Assembly (NCBI GenBank): GCA_977030845.1
Contig: OZ365114.1
Coordinates: forward strand, 19,406,001 to 19,470,000
Direction: 5' to 3'
Source: Fimbriosthenelais zetlandica
Lineage: Eukaryota
Length of the DNA stretch: 64,000 bases
Part shown: positions 48,391 through 61,725 of the stretch, piece after piece
Position numbering within the stretch: position 1 is the first letter of the stretch
How the letters are laid out: every line of letters begins with the position of its first letter
Notes under the pieces: generated by a model
The model's input: the letters and a program-made list of their open reading frames with translations, nothing else
Told to the model about the DNA's origin: nothing
Databases searched by the model: none
Translations under genes and position numbers: made by a program

Positions 48391-48745
48391 TTTTAACATT
48401 GAGCCTATGGACGGGACACTTTTGCGGAATCCAGAGGATTTAAGCAGGATAGAACCGTCGAATCGGGCTGAAATTTTGGGAGGGGGTTGAGGTGGGTGCC
48501 GGGGGTAGACATGGTGGACGGGAAGGAGGTTGGGGGCTGGGGAGGGGTCCGGGGGGCTAAACAATTTTTAACATTGGAGCCTATGAGCTGTACCTCCACA
48601 ATGGGCTATTCCATTGAATTTTGACATGTTAACCGCTTCGAATCGGGCTGGTGTTTTGGTGGGAGTTGGTGGGAGTGCTGGGGGAAGACATGGGGGTGGG
48701 GGGTGGGGTTGAAGGCCGATGGGGGCAAAATAATTATAAACATTG
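48391..48745 (+). repeat. ~175-180-bp G-rich tandem direct repeat (2 copies plus the start of a third)
   Basis: TTTTAACATTG(G)AGCCTATG at 48391 and 48566; CGAATCGGGCTG at 48459 and 48639; G-tract-rich second halves. Confidence 0.75.
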
Positions 48746-48808
48746 TGGTTTAGCCTTGTCCTGGACGGTGCATGCTAAATATGAACGGATGTAGTGTATT
48801 GTACTGTG

Positions 48809-48872
48809 AGCTGGGTAGTCTAGTGGTAAGACACTGGCCTGAAACGTTAAAGGGCGGGATTCGATTCCCAGT
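48809..48872 (+). mobile_element. tRNA-derived SINE head remnant
   Basis: A-box-like TAGTCTAGTGG at 48816-48826 and B-box-like GGATTCGATTCC at 48857-48868 at tRNA-like spacing; no cloverleaf or CCA. Confidence 0.55.
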
Positions 48873-50380
48873 CTTGTAAACACTTTTGGCTGCTCCGCTG
48901 GATCGCTACACTAATACGGCTTAGCAGTGTTGATTGGGGCTTTGTTTTTTTGTTTGAGTTGCCGAGGGGAGTGGGGTGGGGGCTACCTGAATATTTTTTA
49001 TTCAACATTGGTTGGAAGGCAAATACGATACATTGAGACGAGTTAGTATTATTGATTGGTGTAGGGGGTTGGAGACGGGGTGGGGCGGGTGGGGGCCACT
49101 GCCCACCCCTTTAGAGAAATGATAAACGGAGTTTAAATGGACGTTTGACCCTTTGGATATCCAATCATATAGGTCCTTGCTATATGATTGAAATTATACA
49201 CATAGAACTGTTTTGCGAATTCACGTGCAACAGGTGTAAAAACCCTTGGGCATACAGATATATCGATTGACTTGGCTTTGGATTCCCCTGCTTCAATATT
49301 GAAGATTTACTTTATTCTGATTTATATGAAAATAATTGAGTATACGAGATGGTCTGACGAATAAATTGAATCAGTTGTTCGAATAACATTTTCGGTAACA
49401 GACTATAGATTACATGTACATGTACATGGGAACGGCCAATAGTCCGTCAATGCAGATTAGTTCCTCAAATATCCGTTTGAGGACTGGGCGCAAGTGAGCC
49501 ATAAGAAGCATGGATTCATGTCTCTCTATACTGTACCCGTATAGATCTGTTTCTTTGTGCTTTCTTCTCCTTTGGTATAAGGCCTCATCATCATGATTAA
49601 AATTGCATGTTGACTTTTACATGTTAATCAGAGATAAGTTAGCTGTGAATACAACCGATAAGGATAAGTGTACAGGCGATTGTGTCAAATTCCCCGATAA
49701 TGATTGAATTGAAGTGGGGACCTTGCTCTTTTTTGATGTTCATATTCATAATTTATGATTTTATTTACAATATATTAACTTTACTTTCCCATATCTACTA
49801 CATATAATACATTAAAATAATTAATTACATGTAGGCTACATTTAAAGTATCTAAAACTTAAAATATATAATATATCGCTATCTTTGTCTTATTTCAAAGG
49901 TGATGGATGGATCAGTAATATTTCCCCTATTTCTCCCCCTCCCCATTGGCAGGGCTCTTGGAACCTTTTTGCAATTCATTTTATGTTATTTCGTTTTTAC
50001 TTCAAACGGAGAACAGCGTATGGCCACCCATTTTTAGCAATTTATGGCCGACCCATTTTACTGATTCTTCTAGAGTTGGATGACAGTAAGTAATGAGCTT
50101 TCCCCTGCACTGTTACAGTTGTTTAACGTGTTCTGAGCACATCCAGCAGTTGGGTAGAAATAGCCGGATCTGTGTGAACTAAGCAATTGGCGAGGTCTGA
50201 GCAAGCAGTGAGTTTTAGTCGATCAGTGCCAGAACATCCCTCCCCCACCTCCCATATAACCTCTCCAGCTCGCTCCAGTGTACAGTATAGTGCCTTCCAA
50301 GTGGACGTCCATGCTGTACTCCATGTATAGGATCTAAACCACGACACAGCTACATACAATTTTAGTCTGATTTAATTGTC

Positions 50381-52349
50381 ATGGTGAACTACCTCATTGT
50401 TTTTGCTCATGAAGAGGAGACCTCACTAAATGCTGCCATTAAGCATGCCACAGTTTCAACCCTGGATGATCTGGGACACACAGTAGTGGTCTCTGATCTT
50501 TACAAGCTAAAATTCCACCCACTCCTTGGTAGGAATGATATATTAGGTAAGTCACTCTTGCCTCTGACTAGGCCGGCATTGTAGGCTATTCTAAGTGGTT
50601 AATTAATGAGGCAGTCGAAAACATTGAAATGGTCAAAATGTTAACAGAAAGACTACAGGAATCTGAGGAAATCAGAATATTAATTATTGAATGGGTAAAC
50701 TTCTGCCTGGTCATAGCATGTACATATTATTCCACATTTCACCTCGCAAAGCTGTGCCTAAAATATTGTTACAATGATCAGACTAACTTCATCTCTCTCA
50801 TCCATAATTTAAAATTAGATACCCTTTAATAGAAAGTGGTAACAACTTGATACTAGGTCCTTTCTCATTATTAGAAAAATAATAAAATTTAAAGGTAAAT
50901 CTCATTAATTAGGGATAACACTAAAACAACAATACTCAAATAATTGTGTAACTAGCGCATTTTGCCAGGTGGCCAATTGCATCCAGTTAGTTACGATTTT
51001 GTTTATCTAAAGGCTGGCCTTAAATTTACATTGTCCAATCAAGGCATGGTCATATTCAAAGGAAAATAAAAAGTGAAATGAACTACTTATAGCAAACAAT
51101 ATTAATTTTGTTTGATAGAATTTAAAATTAGTTTTCCAACTCCTCTTCGTATCTGTGAAAGATCAAGCCTCATCTTATTTCCTGCCAATACTGACCTTTT
51201 ACCATGGTAAACAAAATGACATGTTTTGAGGAGGACCAGTGAGTGGGAAATTCCACCATTAGACTTCTGATGACGGGCATCAGAGAGCGGTGAATAATCA
51301 ATAAACAACCTCCAGCACGTCCCTCTACACCAGCATGCCCAGCAGCTCTCCTCCAAACTCTCAGCATTAAAAAATCTCTTCATTATAGTAATAGATATAG
51401 TAAAGGAAATATACCACAAAATGTATCCATAAGTAATAAATATTGGGTCAGGATTTCATGTATATACCCTATATCAATGCACCCATATGATGTACCATTT
51501 GGCCGCAATTCCGCGCGTACTGTATCTATAGGGAACAGTGGAAGCCTGCATGGTTTAGCATGTCTCTCTATATGTAATCTGTGGACCACAGGAGGAGTGT
51601 CCTGTTCCTATATAGCTTTTGATGTGATTTAATGGCAATATGCATATTGCCTATTGGTCCATCTCAATAATGCTCATATCATAAAATGATACTAAACTTA
51701 ATTGCATTTGTACCAGGGCGTAATTATCTTTTCCTTATGTAGGGGAGCTACATAAACCAGAGCGGTTTAATTATGGTCGTGAGACGCTGGCAGCCACGAG
51801 GGAAGGGAGGATATGCGAGGACATCAAGGCTGAACATAAAAAACTGGCCAAGGCTGATATCATCATATTCCAGTTTCCCATGCAGTGGAGCAGTTTCCCC
51901 GCCATACTCAAAGGATGGTTCGACAGGATATTCACTCAGGGTTTCGCATTTGGTCCCGACATGATGTTTGACAAGGCTTTATTCAAGGTACAGATCAATA
52001 AAAATCCACCTTGTTGTATCAAAGATTATTCAATACGTGAACGACATATTCAAGTCTATCAAGAAATGAGATATACTCTGCATTACCATTTAATAAGTTT
52101 TATTGACATTATACTGGCTATATGTTAATTTATGATTTCTTTCTGCGCCAGGGAAAGAAGGCTATGTTGTCGTTTACTACAGGTGGACCAAGAGGCTGGT
52201 ATACACCTACCGGACCCATGGGAGACATAGAAATCACCTTGTGGCCTTTACAGGTAGTCTATTGTCAGAGAGAGAGAATGAGAGAGAGGAAGAAGGAGCG
52301 AGAGAGGGAGGGAGGGAGAAAAGGGGGAGAGGGAGTAAGAGAGAGAGAA

Positions 52350-52423
<74 letters not shown>

Positions 52424-53408
52424 GGAGTGAGATAGATGAGTGAGGGAGGGGGAGAGAAAAGGAAGATTACCAGCTGAATAAACAGAGAGAGAGAGGGAGT
52501 GGGGAGAAGGGAGAATAAATAGTGAGAGAGAGGGAGAGATCGATGAGGAGAGAGACAGAGAGTGATTAGAAGGGAGAGAGGGGAAGAGATTACTGGGTGA
52601 ATAAACAGAGAGACAGTGGGAGAGATATAAGTTTCACTGACAGCTAAATAGTAAAACAAAAAAGTAATAAAGACTTGCAAATTAATGACATCCTAATGGA
52701 TGGTGCACACAAACAAATCGTATCTAGGCCTACATGTATAACACTCAGTCATATAATTATTCTTTTTTTTTGCATCACTCAATGTTGACCTTCAGAATGG
52801 AATACTTCATTTTGTTGGATTTGACGTCATTTCCCCACACATTATGTTTGGGATTGACTTCGCCCAATATGACGAGTGTGCTAAACTCATAGAGGTAGGC
52901 CTATATATAACATCCTGGTTTGCCCTAGAAGAATATACTATCACTTAACATAACAAATATAAATCAAATCCAGGTCGAATAAGAATGGCTAAACAAATTG
53001 TCTTCTTTAACAATGCTTTCTTCATTTAGTTATAATTCGTTAAGTATCCATAGTATACCTACACCAAGAAAACAGTGAAAAGTAAATTAATATTTAAAAT
53101 ATTCATACGCCAACTTTTTATGAACCATGTAAGTTATCTTTTTTCAGGAATGGAAGGAACGACTAAAAACATTACATGAAGAGAAGACCTTATCTTTTTT
53201 ACGATTTGGTGACTACGACCCTATCGATCCAGAGAATCCTATGACTGGTTTCAATGTCAAACCTGCCCTCGTTGATTCCACGCCTGCCGACAGAGGGCTG
53301 ACCATTGGACAACACTTAGGGCGACCTCTACCTGTGGGAAATATGTACCTGCCCGCGGCAGAAGAAGACACCACTGGGAGAAAAAACAGGATTTTAAACC
53401 ATGTTTGA
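50381..53408 (+). CDS. NQO1: NAD(P)H:quinone oxidoreductase, NQO1/NQO2 family with NQO1-like C-terminal extension, ~290 aa. Exons 50381-50546, 51743-51987, 52152-52253, 52796-52894, 53148-53408
   Basis: YLIVFAHEEETSLNAAIK...VVSDLYKLKFHP; ADIIIFQFPMQWSSFPAILKGWFDRIF; KKAMLSFTTGG; LWPLQNGILHFVGF; tail GLTIGQHLGRPLP. Confidence 0.93.
52265..52620 (+). repeat. (GA)n microsatellite and purine-rich tract in NQO intron 3
   Basis: Pure (GA)n at 52352-52420 inside a ~350-nt purine tract. Confidence 0.97.
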
Positions 53409-55456
53409 ATGAATATTTTATCGCCATAATCGTACTCAGGACGACAAATATAAGACTGGACAGGGAATATATTGTGTATCACTATACAATATATATATTA
53501 TGTATACCCTTTACAATATATCAAAACCGTTTGTCAAACATGTGCCGTAAATTTCCAATTATGTAATATTCACTGCTAACAGAATTTAGTAACCTAAAAT
53601 TCAGTTCAATTATCTAGCCAAATGGCAATCGTTCAACTTCAATGGGAAATGTGAAGAGGGAAAATGTATGGCCACCTGGTATGAGATATGGTATGGATAA
53701 AATATACCAAAATACATAACGAAAGAGGGAATGATGCCCTTAACCTCCTGTGCCAATTGCTAGAGTAAGTGAGTGAAGCTTCTCTTACTGAGAATATTTC
53801 GCCTCAAAACAACACTGACTCATCCAGTATTTCCCAAAGTTTGGAAGATCCGGAAGTCAAGTTCTGAGGGAGTCCCCAAGTCCCACCCATATAATTTTGT
53901 ATACTGTGTACACATGCATGGCAGTGATGGAGAACTGTTTTCTGCAAGCCTTGCCATCATAATACATGTACGATATTTTCAAGTCTTTCCAGAATAAAAG
54001 CCAACAGACAACCAGATTTTGCACTTGATAAGTGAAGCATATACTTGAACTTGTAATCACTCAACCTAGCTATGGAGATCTATGTGAACTTACTAAAATC
54101 GAACCTCTATTTTTACCCTTTTAGGTAAAAACAGAATAATAAAGATAAATGATGATATGATCATGAAACAGGAAGAGATCTGCAGTGTAAATGTTAACTT
54201 GAAATGGATGTAGGACAGCCACCACATTGATCAGAACACATAAGTCGATATTTTAGGACCTAATAATATATCTGTTCATTAAATTTTACTTGTACAAGTA
54301 GGCCTACATTATAAACCAAAGGGTCGTGAACCAAAGCTTCTTCTACTTAATTATATAATTTGAAACCGTATTTATTCAAAACTGTAATACAATACCCAAG
54401 TATACACTTGTCCCGTGTTCTATAACTTCAAGAAGCCCGTGCACATTCAGGGTCACAGATTTAGGCTTGCATGTATATAATTGTATACATGTAGTTAGCA
54501 ACACTATAGCTATCTTCGATATATATAGATGTCATGTTAATTTCTATCAATTAATACTGCGGTATTATTCTCTACTTATTAGCTCTTCAGAAAGTCTCAC
54601 AACCATTTACATGGGGCTCTTTTTATATGTAAATGTAAATTTATACAAGGAAAAAAAGCCATTTTATGCAAAGATTCATACCGTTTTCGATATATCCTAA
54701 ACCGTCTCAAACTTGGCACACAGGGTGCAAACCGTGTACATGCATAGATACAACATGTCTAGATGGTTCAAGAATGTAAAGGTTCCTAATGACCCATTTA
54801 TGACATTCTCTTGTCAGTTTGACAATGTATTATTTCAGATACTATCTATATATCAACCCACTCTTTGGACCTAAATCTCTTAGATTTCAAAAATATATAA
54901 CAAGAGAACCATAACCGTCATTCATGTATCTTGAACTGCGTGTTAATATTTTTCGTTTTCTTGTTATTCAGAAATATAAAGCTAACAATCTGTAATGATT
55001 TTTAAAAGCTAATCACATTATTATATACACAAAAGTAAGTACGTAACGGTCAGAGATGATATCATACAATAGCTAAAACAATAGCTATAACCCAAAACTT
55101 GATATAAAATGCTGCATAGTAAGTTAAACATAATATCCAACAATATCAGTGGCTGGAAACATTGTTCTTTTGTCCCAATTTCGTGGTATGAAGTATGTCA
55201 TAATAAACCAGCCAGTTATGCTGATAACAATGTTATTCATTGGCGATAAAGAAGGTGGCTAAGTACACACCAAGGAAAATATGATTATAAGCAAAACATA
55301 TGGGACAATGAAGGACATATATTGTCGGTTAATAAAGCAGGAATATGAGGAATAAGTCACTCATGCACTTTCCTGATTGAACCAACACTCCATATAATCC
55401 AAGTCAATAATATGAACAGAACATAGCCTAAATGATAACCCATCGATTGTGTTGAT

Positions 55457-57855
55457 TCACAATAGTTCACATATGCGGTTGCCACTTCCTTTTCGTTTGC
55501 CAATGAGAGCAAGACGAGAAGCCTGCTTGAATACATCGGTCACACCCTCTCGATATTTAGCAGAACATTCAAGATAAGCCAATGCATCGATTTTATCTGC
55601 CAAATGTTTTCCCTCCTCTGGTGATATGACTTTCTTATATTCCAAGGTTTGGGGGTCTTTGCGCAAGTCCATTTTGGTACAGGTTAAAATGTAAGGTATT
55701 CTCGGACAGAAATGTCTTATTTCTGGGATCCAACGCTCGGTGACGTTTTTGTAGGCTCGTGGACTGTCTACCGAAAAGCAGACGACAATGACGTCTGTGT
55801 TGGGATAAGATAAAGGGCGCAGACGATCGTACTCCTCTTGCCCTGCTGTATCCCATAAAGCCAGCTCCACCTTCTGGTTTCCCACCTAAAAATATTAACA
55901 CAATTTTTTTTAGATTACTCTAAAATACCAGATTATTAAAGCAAGTTTTCAAAGAAAATCGTTTGATTCATACTGTGGATTATACTTATTTGTCTAAGAG
56001 ATAGTACACCGATTTTGTGGTTGTCGTTGATTATAGCTTGAAATTGCCGTGGATTATAATAGTGACCATAATTTACTGCAATGAAGTCTGACCAATCACA
56101 GCGTGCACTAGTGTGGATAGACCCCCTAAATAAGCCGAGGCGATACTCCTGGCTTGACTCGTAATATTCACCAAGTTTATGATAGAAAGTGGAAAATATG
56201 ACGACATAATCATTATATGAGAGATAACTAATTGCATCATAATATATGTACATCTATCAATAAATGCCGCAGTCTAAGCTAATTAAGGGTCAATCATATA
56301 CTCAAGATTACGTTTGAGCATGCAGCATATACATTTTATACATGGACTATAACAGGTCTTATTCTGCTCAAATTATCTATCCCATTATATCACGCCCCCG
56401 CCATATAGCAATTTCAACCACAAAAATGTTCCGATATAGAAGACAATATTACTATGGAGAGTGGGACTCAAGACCATTCTGATAAAGGTGTTGGATGGGG
56501 AATATAGTAAAATTTCATATATATTTTGGATCCATTTCTATAAGATGGCAGGGCGTGGATGCCACGGGCGTGTCCAGCTCTAGGTGCCAGATTCCTATAT
56601 ACAAGTATAATGGTAATTCCTGTATCTATAGGCGTGGGCAGGTCTATAATCATGTGTGCAGTGGTTATCCGTTTAATATCCGTGGTTGGATCAAATTCAC
56701 ATTAATAAATTGATATGATAGATAATAAATCCACTTTGACAAATACTTCAGTTTCCGAAGTCATATGAACAGGGGATCGTTTCCTAAGGAGAGGTCTGCA
56801 ATTAACCCATATTTATAGACATGTATACGATCACATAATTTTTATTTCACAAGCCCTTCGATGGGACGCTGTGAAACCATCACGAGGGGAATTTCCCACA
56901 TTCGGTATGGAGTGTGTAAGCTAATTTATTAAAATAATATGTACCATAAAGTTATATACGAAATATGTTAATTTAAATTGACAAGACCAGTATACTCTGA
57001 TAATTCTTAAATGAGGAATATGTATTAAATGGGAAATATCTTTTAATGTATTTCTATTATGATTAGAATAACATCTGGCCCAATAACCTTCATATATGCG
57101 GTTGCGTCATATAAGTTAATGGTTGACAAAAATATGTCATGAATTTTCCCGAAAAAAATCTTTTTCCGACTAAGTTACAAGTAAATGACCCACTTTGAAG
57201 TCTGTATGTATAGGCCTAGTGGTATGTAGAGCAAAATGCATAGCCAGAAGTGGTCGGGGTGGGAGTGTGGGTAGGTCACTCGTCGTGGGTCTTACATCCT
57301 ATAATAGTCTGCGAATGTACATAACATGGTCTTGTCAATCAACCGGGCTTGGGGGCTAATTTCTTACCGAGAAAATATGGATATTTCATACCAATAGTAA
57401 GTCAGAGGGCCGAAGAACGCTAAATGCCGCATATACCTCGAACCCACATACAGGTGCTTGGGGGTGGGGTGGCTAAAAATATGACACCCTGAACCATATA
57501 CCTGAGGAATTTCAAAGTGTCAAGTCGTGCAACCACTTATAACCTGTGGTATGTCTCATTTCTAACTGAAAAGAAAACGAAAATAAAAGAATAAAGAAAC
57601 CTATGTTTTGATTTTAGATGTGAAACACAAATTTACCATAATGTCTTTGACGTGTGCTTCAAACAAAGTTGGAATATGATCCTCAGGGAATTCATCTTTA
57701 GTAAAGACGGTCAGAAGAGAAGTTTTGCCACAGTTGGCGTCGCCAACGACCACTAGTTTCTTTCTGGCCACTCCAGGCAGTCCCTTTTTTCCTCCTACCA
57801 TAAGATTCCTGTCCATATTTGCAGCGCTTGATTTATTGTCAGATTTAATATACAT
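55457..57855 (-). CDS. Atypical RhoA-like small GTPase, 202-215 aa depending on start (ATG 57855 or 57816). Exons (minus) 57637-57855 and 55457-55885
   Basis: [18 protein letters not shown]...PTLFE...[27 protein letters not shown]...TKMD...YLECSAK...CELL* (CAAX); junction ATG|GTAAAT...TTTTAG|GTG is in frame. Confidence 0.95.
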
Positions 57856-60800
57856 TTTAGGCCGGTAAAATCCGTCTGGAGGGTTAGTTTGGTGGGAGCA
57901 TTAGAACATGGATGACTATGGTAGATTTTAAATAGGGTCACCAAATCTCATGAGCACTGGAAGGTGGGAGGATCGAACGCTTGGGTCTGCTCACCCAGTC
58001 AATTTAACCCTGCCAACAATTGCTCTACTTGGACGGTAATCCATTGCACTTCATCCAGCAGAATTATTTTTATATGAAAAGAAATAATAAATCCTTGAAA
58101 AGTATAGTCTCCTGGTTTGGTCGTTGCTGTGGGAGGCACCAAATGGGACGTGACACACTTAAGGGGTCGGTGGAGGGGAGAGAAATGTCGCTACTATTGA
58201 GAAGGCAAGCAAGTAATGGCCTCAATATATGTGTCGTTGGTATGTTTCTAAATTTGGTTTCTGGGATCCCCCGGCTTTACTGAGACAAGACAGGGAGTTT
58301 CTGGTACGGTGGTATTCGGAAAACCTGAATCTGACATAGGTTACAAAAATCATAAAGAGAAGTATAACGACCCTTCTAGTTTCTTTTTTACCTTATAACC
58401 TTTTACCTTAAAATTTTCGTTTAGTTCATATCATATGAACAATACTTGTTCATATGTTATTGGTATCAAATGTACAAACGCCAAATTTACATACACAAAT
58501 ACTTCATATTATGTAATTAGTGTAGAACAATCAACAAGCGTGAGGAATTTCCTGAACTCCGGTTGGCCTTTTATAGTAAAATTACATACTTTAATCAGAG
58601 AGATTACAACACCGTGGTGTAATCTCTCTACTTTAATGGAAGGAATGTGTATTATTAAGAATTCCACAAATAGATCACCTTGTCTTATGAAATACCCACA
58701 TGAAATGGGCTTACGTACCATACTGCCTGGGGTTATTTTGCTCGTAATAATTATGAGTATTATGAATGTATTAATATTAACATTTTCCCATGTTTTCGAA
58801 TGCTGTCATGACATGGTATGCTATGACACATCATGTCCTGGCGATGCGTTCGCGCACGCTCCGGTTCGCTTCTCTCTCCATGCCCCCACCCCTTCCCCTC
58901 CCACCTTACTCCCCTCCCAACATCTTTCCCTTTCCCTGTGACATACACTCCCTATACCTTCCTCCATTCGTCCACTAGCCATATGACAATGAATGTACCT
59001 GACCAGCATCCGTCTCTATTTAGTCTTTGATATTCCATTAGTAACATGGTTCAACATGTGAGGGGAACCACTCCTCTGCTCAGTGGTCGCCCCCTCCTTC
59101 CGTATACCCACATGTATAGTGTACACACAACATTGAAGGAGGACCAATGCAAAAATCGGAGCTCGTTTCCTTGGGTGCCATTTTACTCCTTTGTACATAT
59201 AAATTATGCAAAATATATACCACTGTCTTCTCCTGCTTGTTTGGCAAGAAAAAGTACTTATAACTCTATAATTGTCATCATTTCTTTCACGAGAAGTACT
59301 CAACATTTTGTCACAGGTACCCACTTTAGACGTGAGTGCCCGCCCCGGGCATGTTTCATGTTTGATTCCCAAGAGAGTGTCCATGTACAGTGTATGTGAG
59401 ATCTGAAAGCTCATGTTCACTACTGTGATCAAATACAAATTCGGTAAGAGGATAGCTTGTATTACAAACTAAAACGAAAAGTGGAAAATAAGAAGAGAGT
59501 TTCTTGGTGTAATGTTACAAGTTACCTCTTAACAATGCATGTATTTGTCTTGGAATTTCTCCACTCTTTACTTTGTTTTTTAAGATCCAAATTAATACTA
59601 TAGGCCTAGAGTTCAATAACATTACAAATTGAAAAATATTGCAAATCCTAAAAGTAAATGCTAAATAGTTAAATAAAATCACATTACCCAGAATATTTAA
59701 TAACGTTCTGAGCTGAGTTAGAAGGTTAGATTAAAATAGATGATAAAAACTTTGCCATATTTAGTCAGGAGATCTCGGCAGTTCCTGGCCTGGCACATGG
59801 TGACACCGCGTGGTAAGCAGACATAATGGAACAACCGCTATATATGGGGGAACTAAACAACCAAATTAATGCACAACTAAGCTTGATCTGGTGATTAATT
59901 GTAATGAAATGATGTATAAAAGTCATAACTGACATCATGGTATGAAGAGGAGCCTGAGCTCCCATTACTTAATAAAAATGTGAAGTTTAAAAAAATGATT
60001 GGGACTTGGGACGTCATTTGTCAATGAACGTAGGACAAATGACATATCTGCCAGATGTTTCATAAGGTAAAATAGTGGTGGACAGGTTCAAAAAATTGGT
60101 AAATATAATTATGAGGGCACAACACTGTAGAAACCACGGGGTACAGATATGATAATTCCAAGGCTCGTGAAGTACAAGTTAAAGGCCTTATCATGTTATT
60201 ATATATATGAACCTGAATCTGGCCCGCATCCCTGGAATAGCGTCTTTTTCACCAAGTACAGACCATATGGTATACATACATGCGGGAGTAACACATATAA
60301 TGAATGAGCCAAGAGCGCTCATGGTAATTAAGCGCCCAGGTGATGTGAATACCAATAGAGGGTATAGGAGAGGTCTGAGTATATACATGCACACATGAGT
60401 GTGTAATATCGCTAAATGACGCTAATACGTAAAGAACATCCTACAATCAGGTGTTAGTTAAGTCTCACATCCTGAAGAATAGTATTTTTTGTGATTCTTA
60501 ATATCACATACAAATTGTTAGGCCATGAAAAATAATTCCCATTAACCAATGGTAACTCAATTAAGGGACTAATGGAACGCAGCTGTTTTTTAAATCATGC
60601 TCCTGACTGGTTTCTGATCTAAAGGAACAATAAATGTTTCATTGATAATCATATATGAATCAATAAATGCTTATTAGAAAACAACATTGACATTCTACCC
60701 CTGAAGAATATTGCATGAGGCCACATCTAGCAAACAAATCACGAACGAACTCCATTTTTAGAAGATCGTGACATATATCATTAGGGCCTACCTGAAGGGC

Positions 60801-61725
60801 TGCAAATTTGAAAACCTGCACGACTAGACCAGTTAGTTATATGCATTGCTTTATATGTCGGGATAACCTCGAGGGATGCTGCCCAATAAAGGAACCGACA
60901 AACAAAAATGTTTGTGATGGAAAATATGTGAACATTTAATGAAAAAATATTCAATCTTAATAAAGAAAATTTGTTTTTTTGTGATTTTTGGAAACCGGTC
61001 TTTAATTAGTGGTAAAATCCATTTGGAAATTTATTAGATTTAATCCACAGTTCTAAAAACAATTCGGGTGCCAGCATAACCTCTAGGAACCTTGCTCTAC
61101 AGCTTTTCTGTGAGCTTTCTGGTACAAGGTGGAGGGGCAATTGAAATGTCACACATCTGGGAACAGGTATACTGAACGACACTCCCACATGTATAGCAAG
61201 GTCTTGAGTGTATTCAGTGAAAATATTCTTTTCACTTACTTGGACCACAAAGGCTTCATTTGACATGATGTCGAGAAGACATAAAATTAAAAAAAAAACC
61301 CTCAGCATTCAACATGGAATAGTTTGTGCACAGCTTCATCACGCTCCAGAGAACCACCATAATCATCATATTTCATACTCTACGTGTCCACAGAAGGTGA
61401 GTGCCAGGAATAATGTGCCGCCAAACAATGGGAAAGTGTAACAACTAAGACAAGAACAGCAAACACAGGGAATGGATCTCCACAACAGAATTCGAGGATG
61501 ATACTCCAGTACAGGTTCTGCTGGGGGAGATCAACTGTCATGTTTTAAATGTACTTCGATACTTATTTGGAAAAACCTTTTTAAAAGAAGATAACGGATC
61601 CTTTTCAAGGCAGAAAGGCAGCGCAGTGGAGGATGGATGAGTGATCCATTATAGAACTGTCTGAATGAGGAGGGAAAGTGGATTCTGGTTGTGGTTTAGT
61701 TACAGTGTGAGGGTGAGGCAGGGCC

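Noticed and set aside
49162-49190. 11-bp perfect hairpin CAATCATATAG/CTATATGATTG
   Set aside because: No flanking duplication or Helitron CTRR end; AT-rich and plausible by chance.
52122-52680. Arg/Glu-rich and Ser/Leu-rich ORFs
   Set aside because: Translations of the (GA)n microsatellite.
58435-59438. Several overlapping 60-170-aa ORFs on both strands
   Set aside because: No recognisable domains or exon structure; partly from low-complexity C-rich sequence.
61240-61308. Minus-strand signal-peptide-like exon MLRVFFLILCLLDIMSNEAFVVQ with a GTAAGT donor
   Set aside because: Its hydrophobicity comes from a poly-T run, and no in-frame downstream exon was found.
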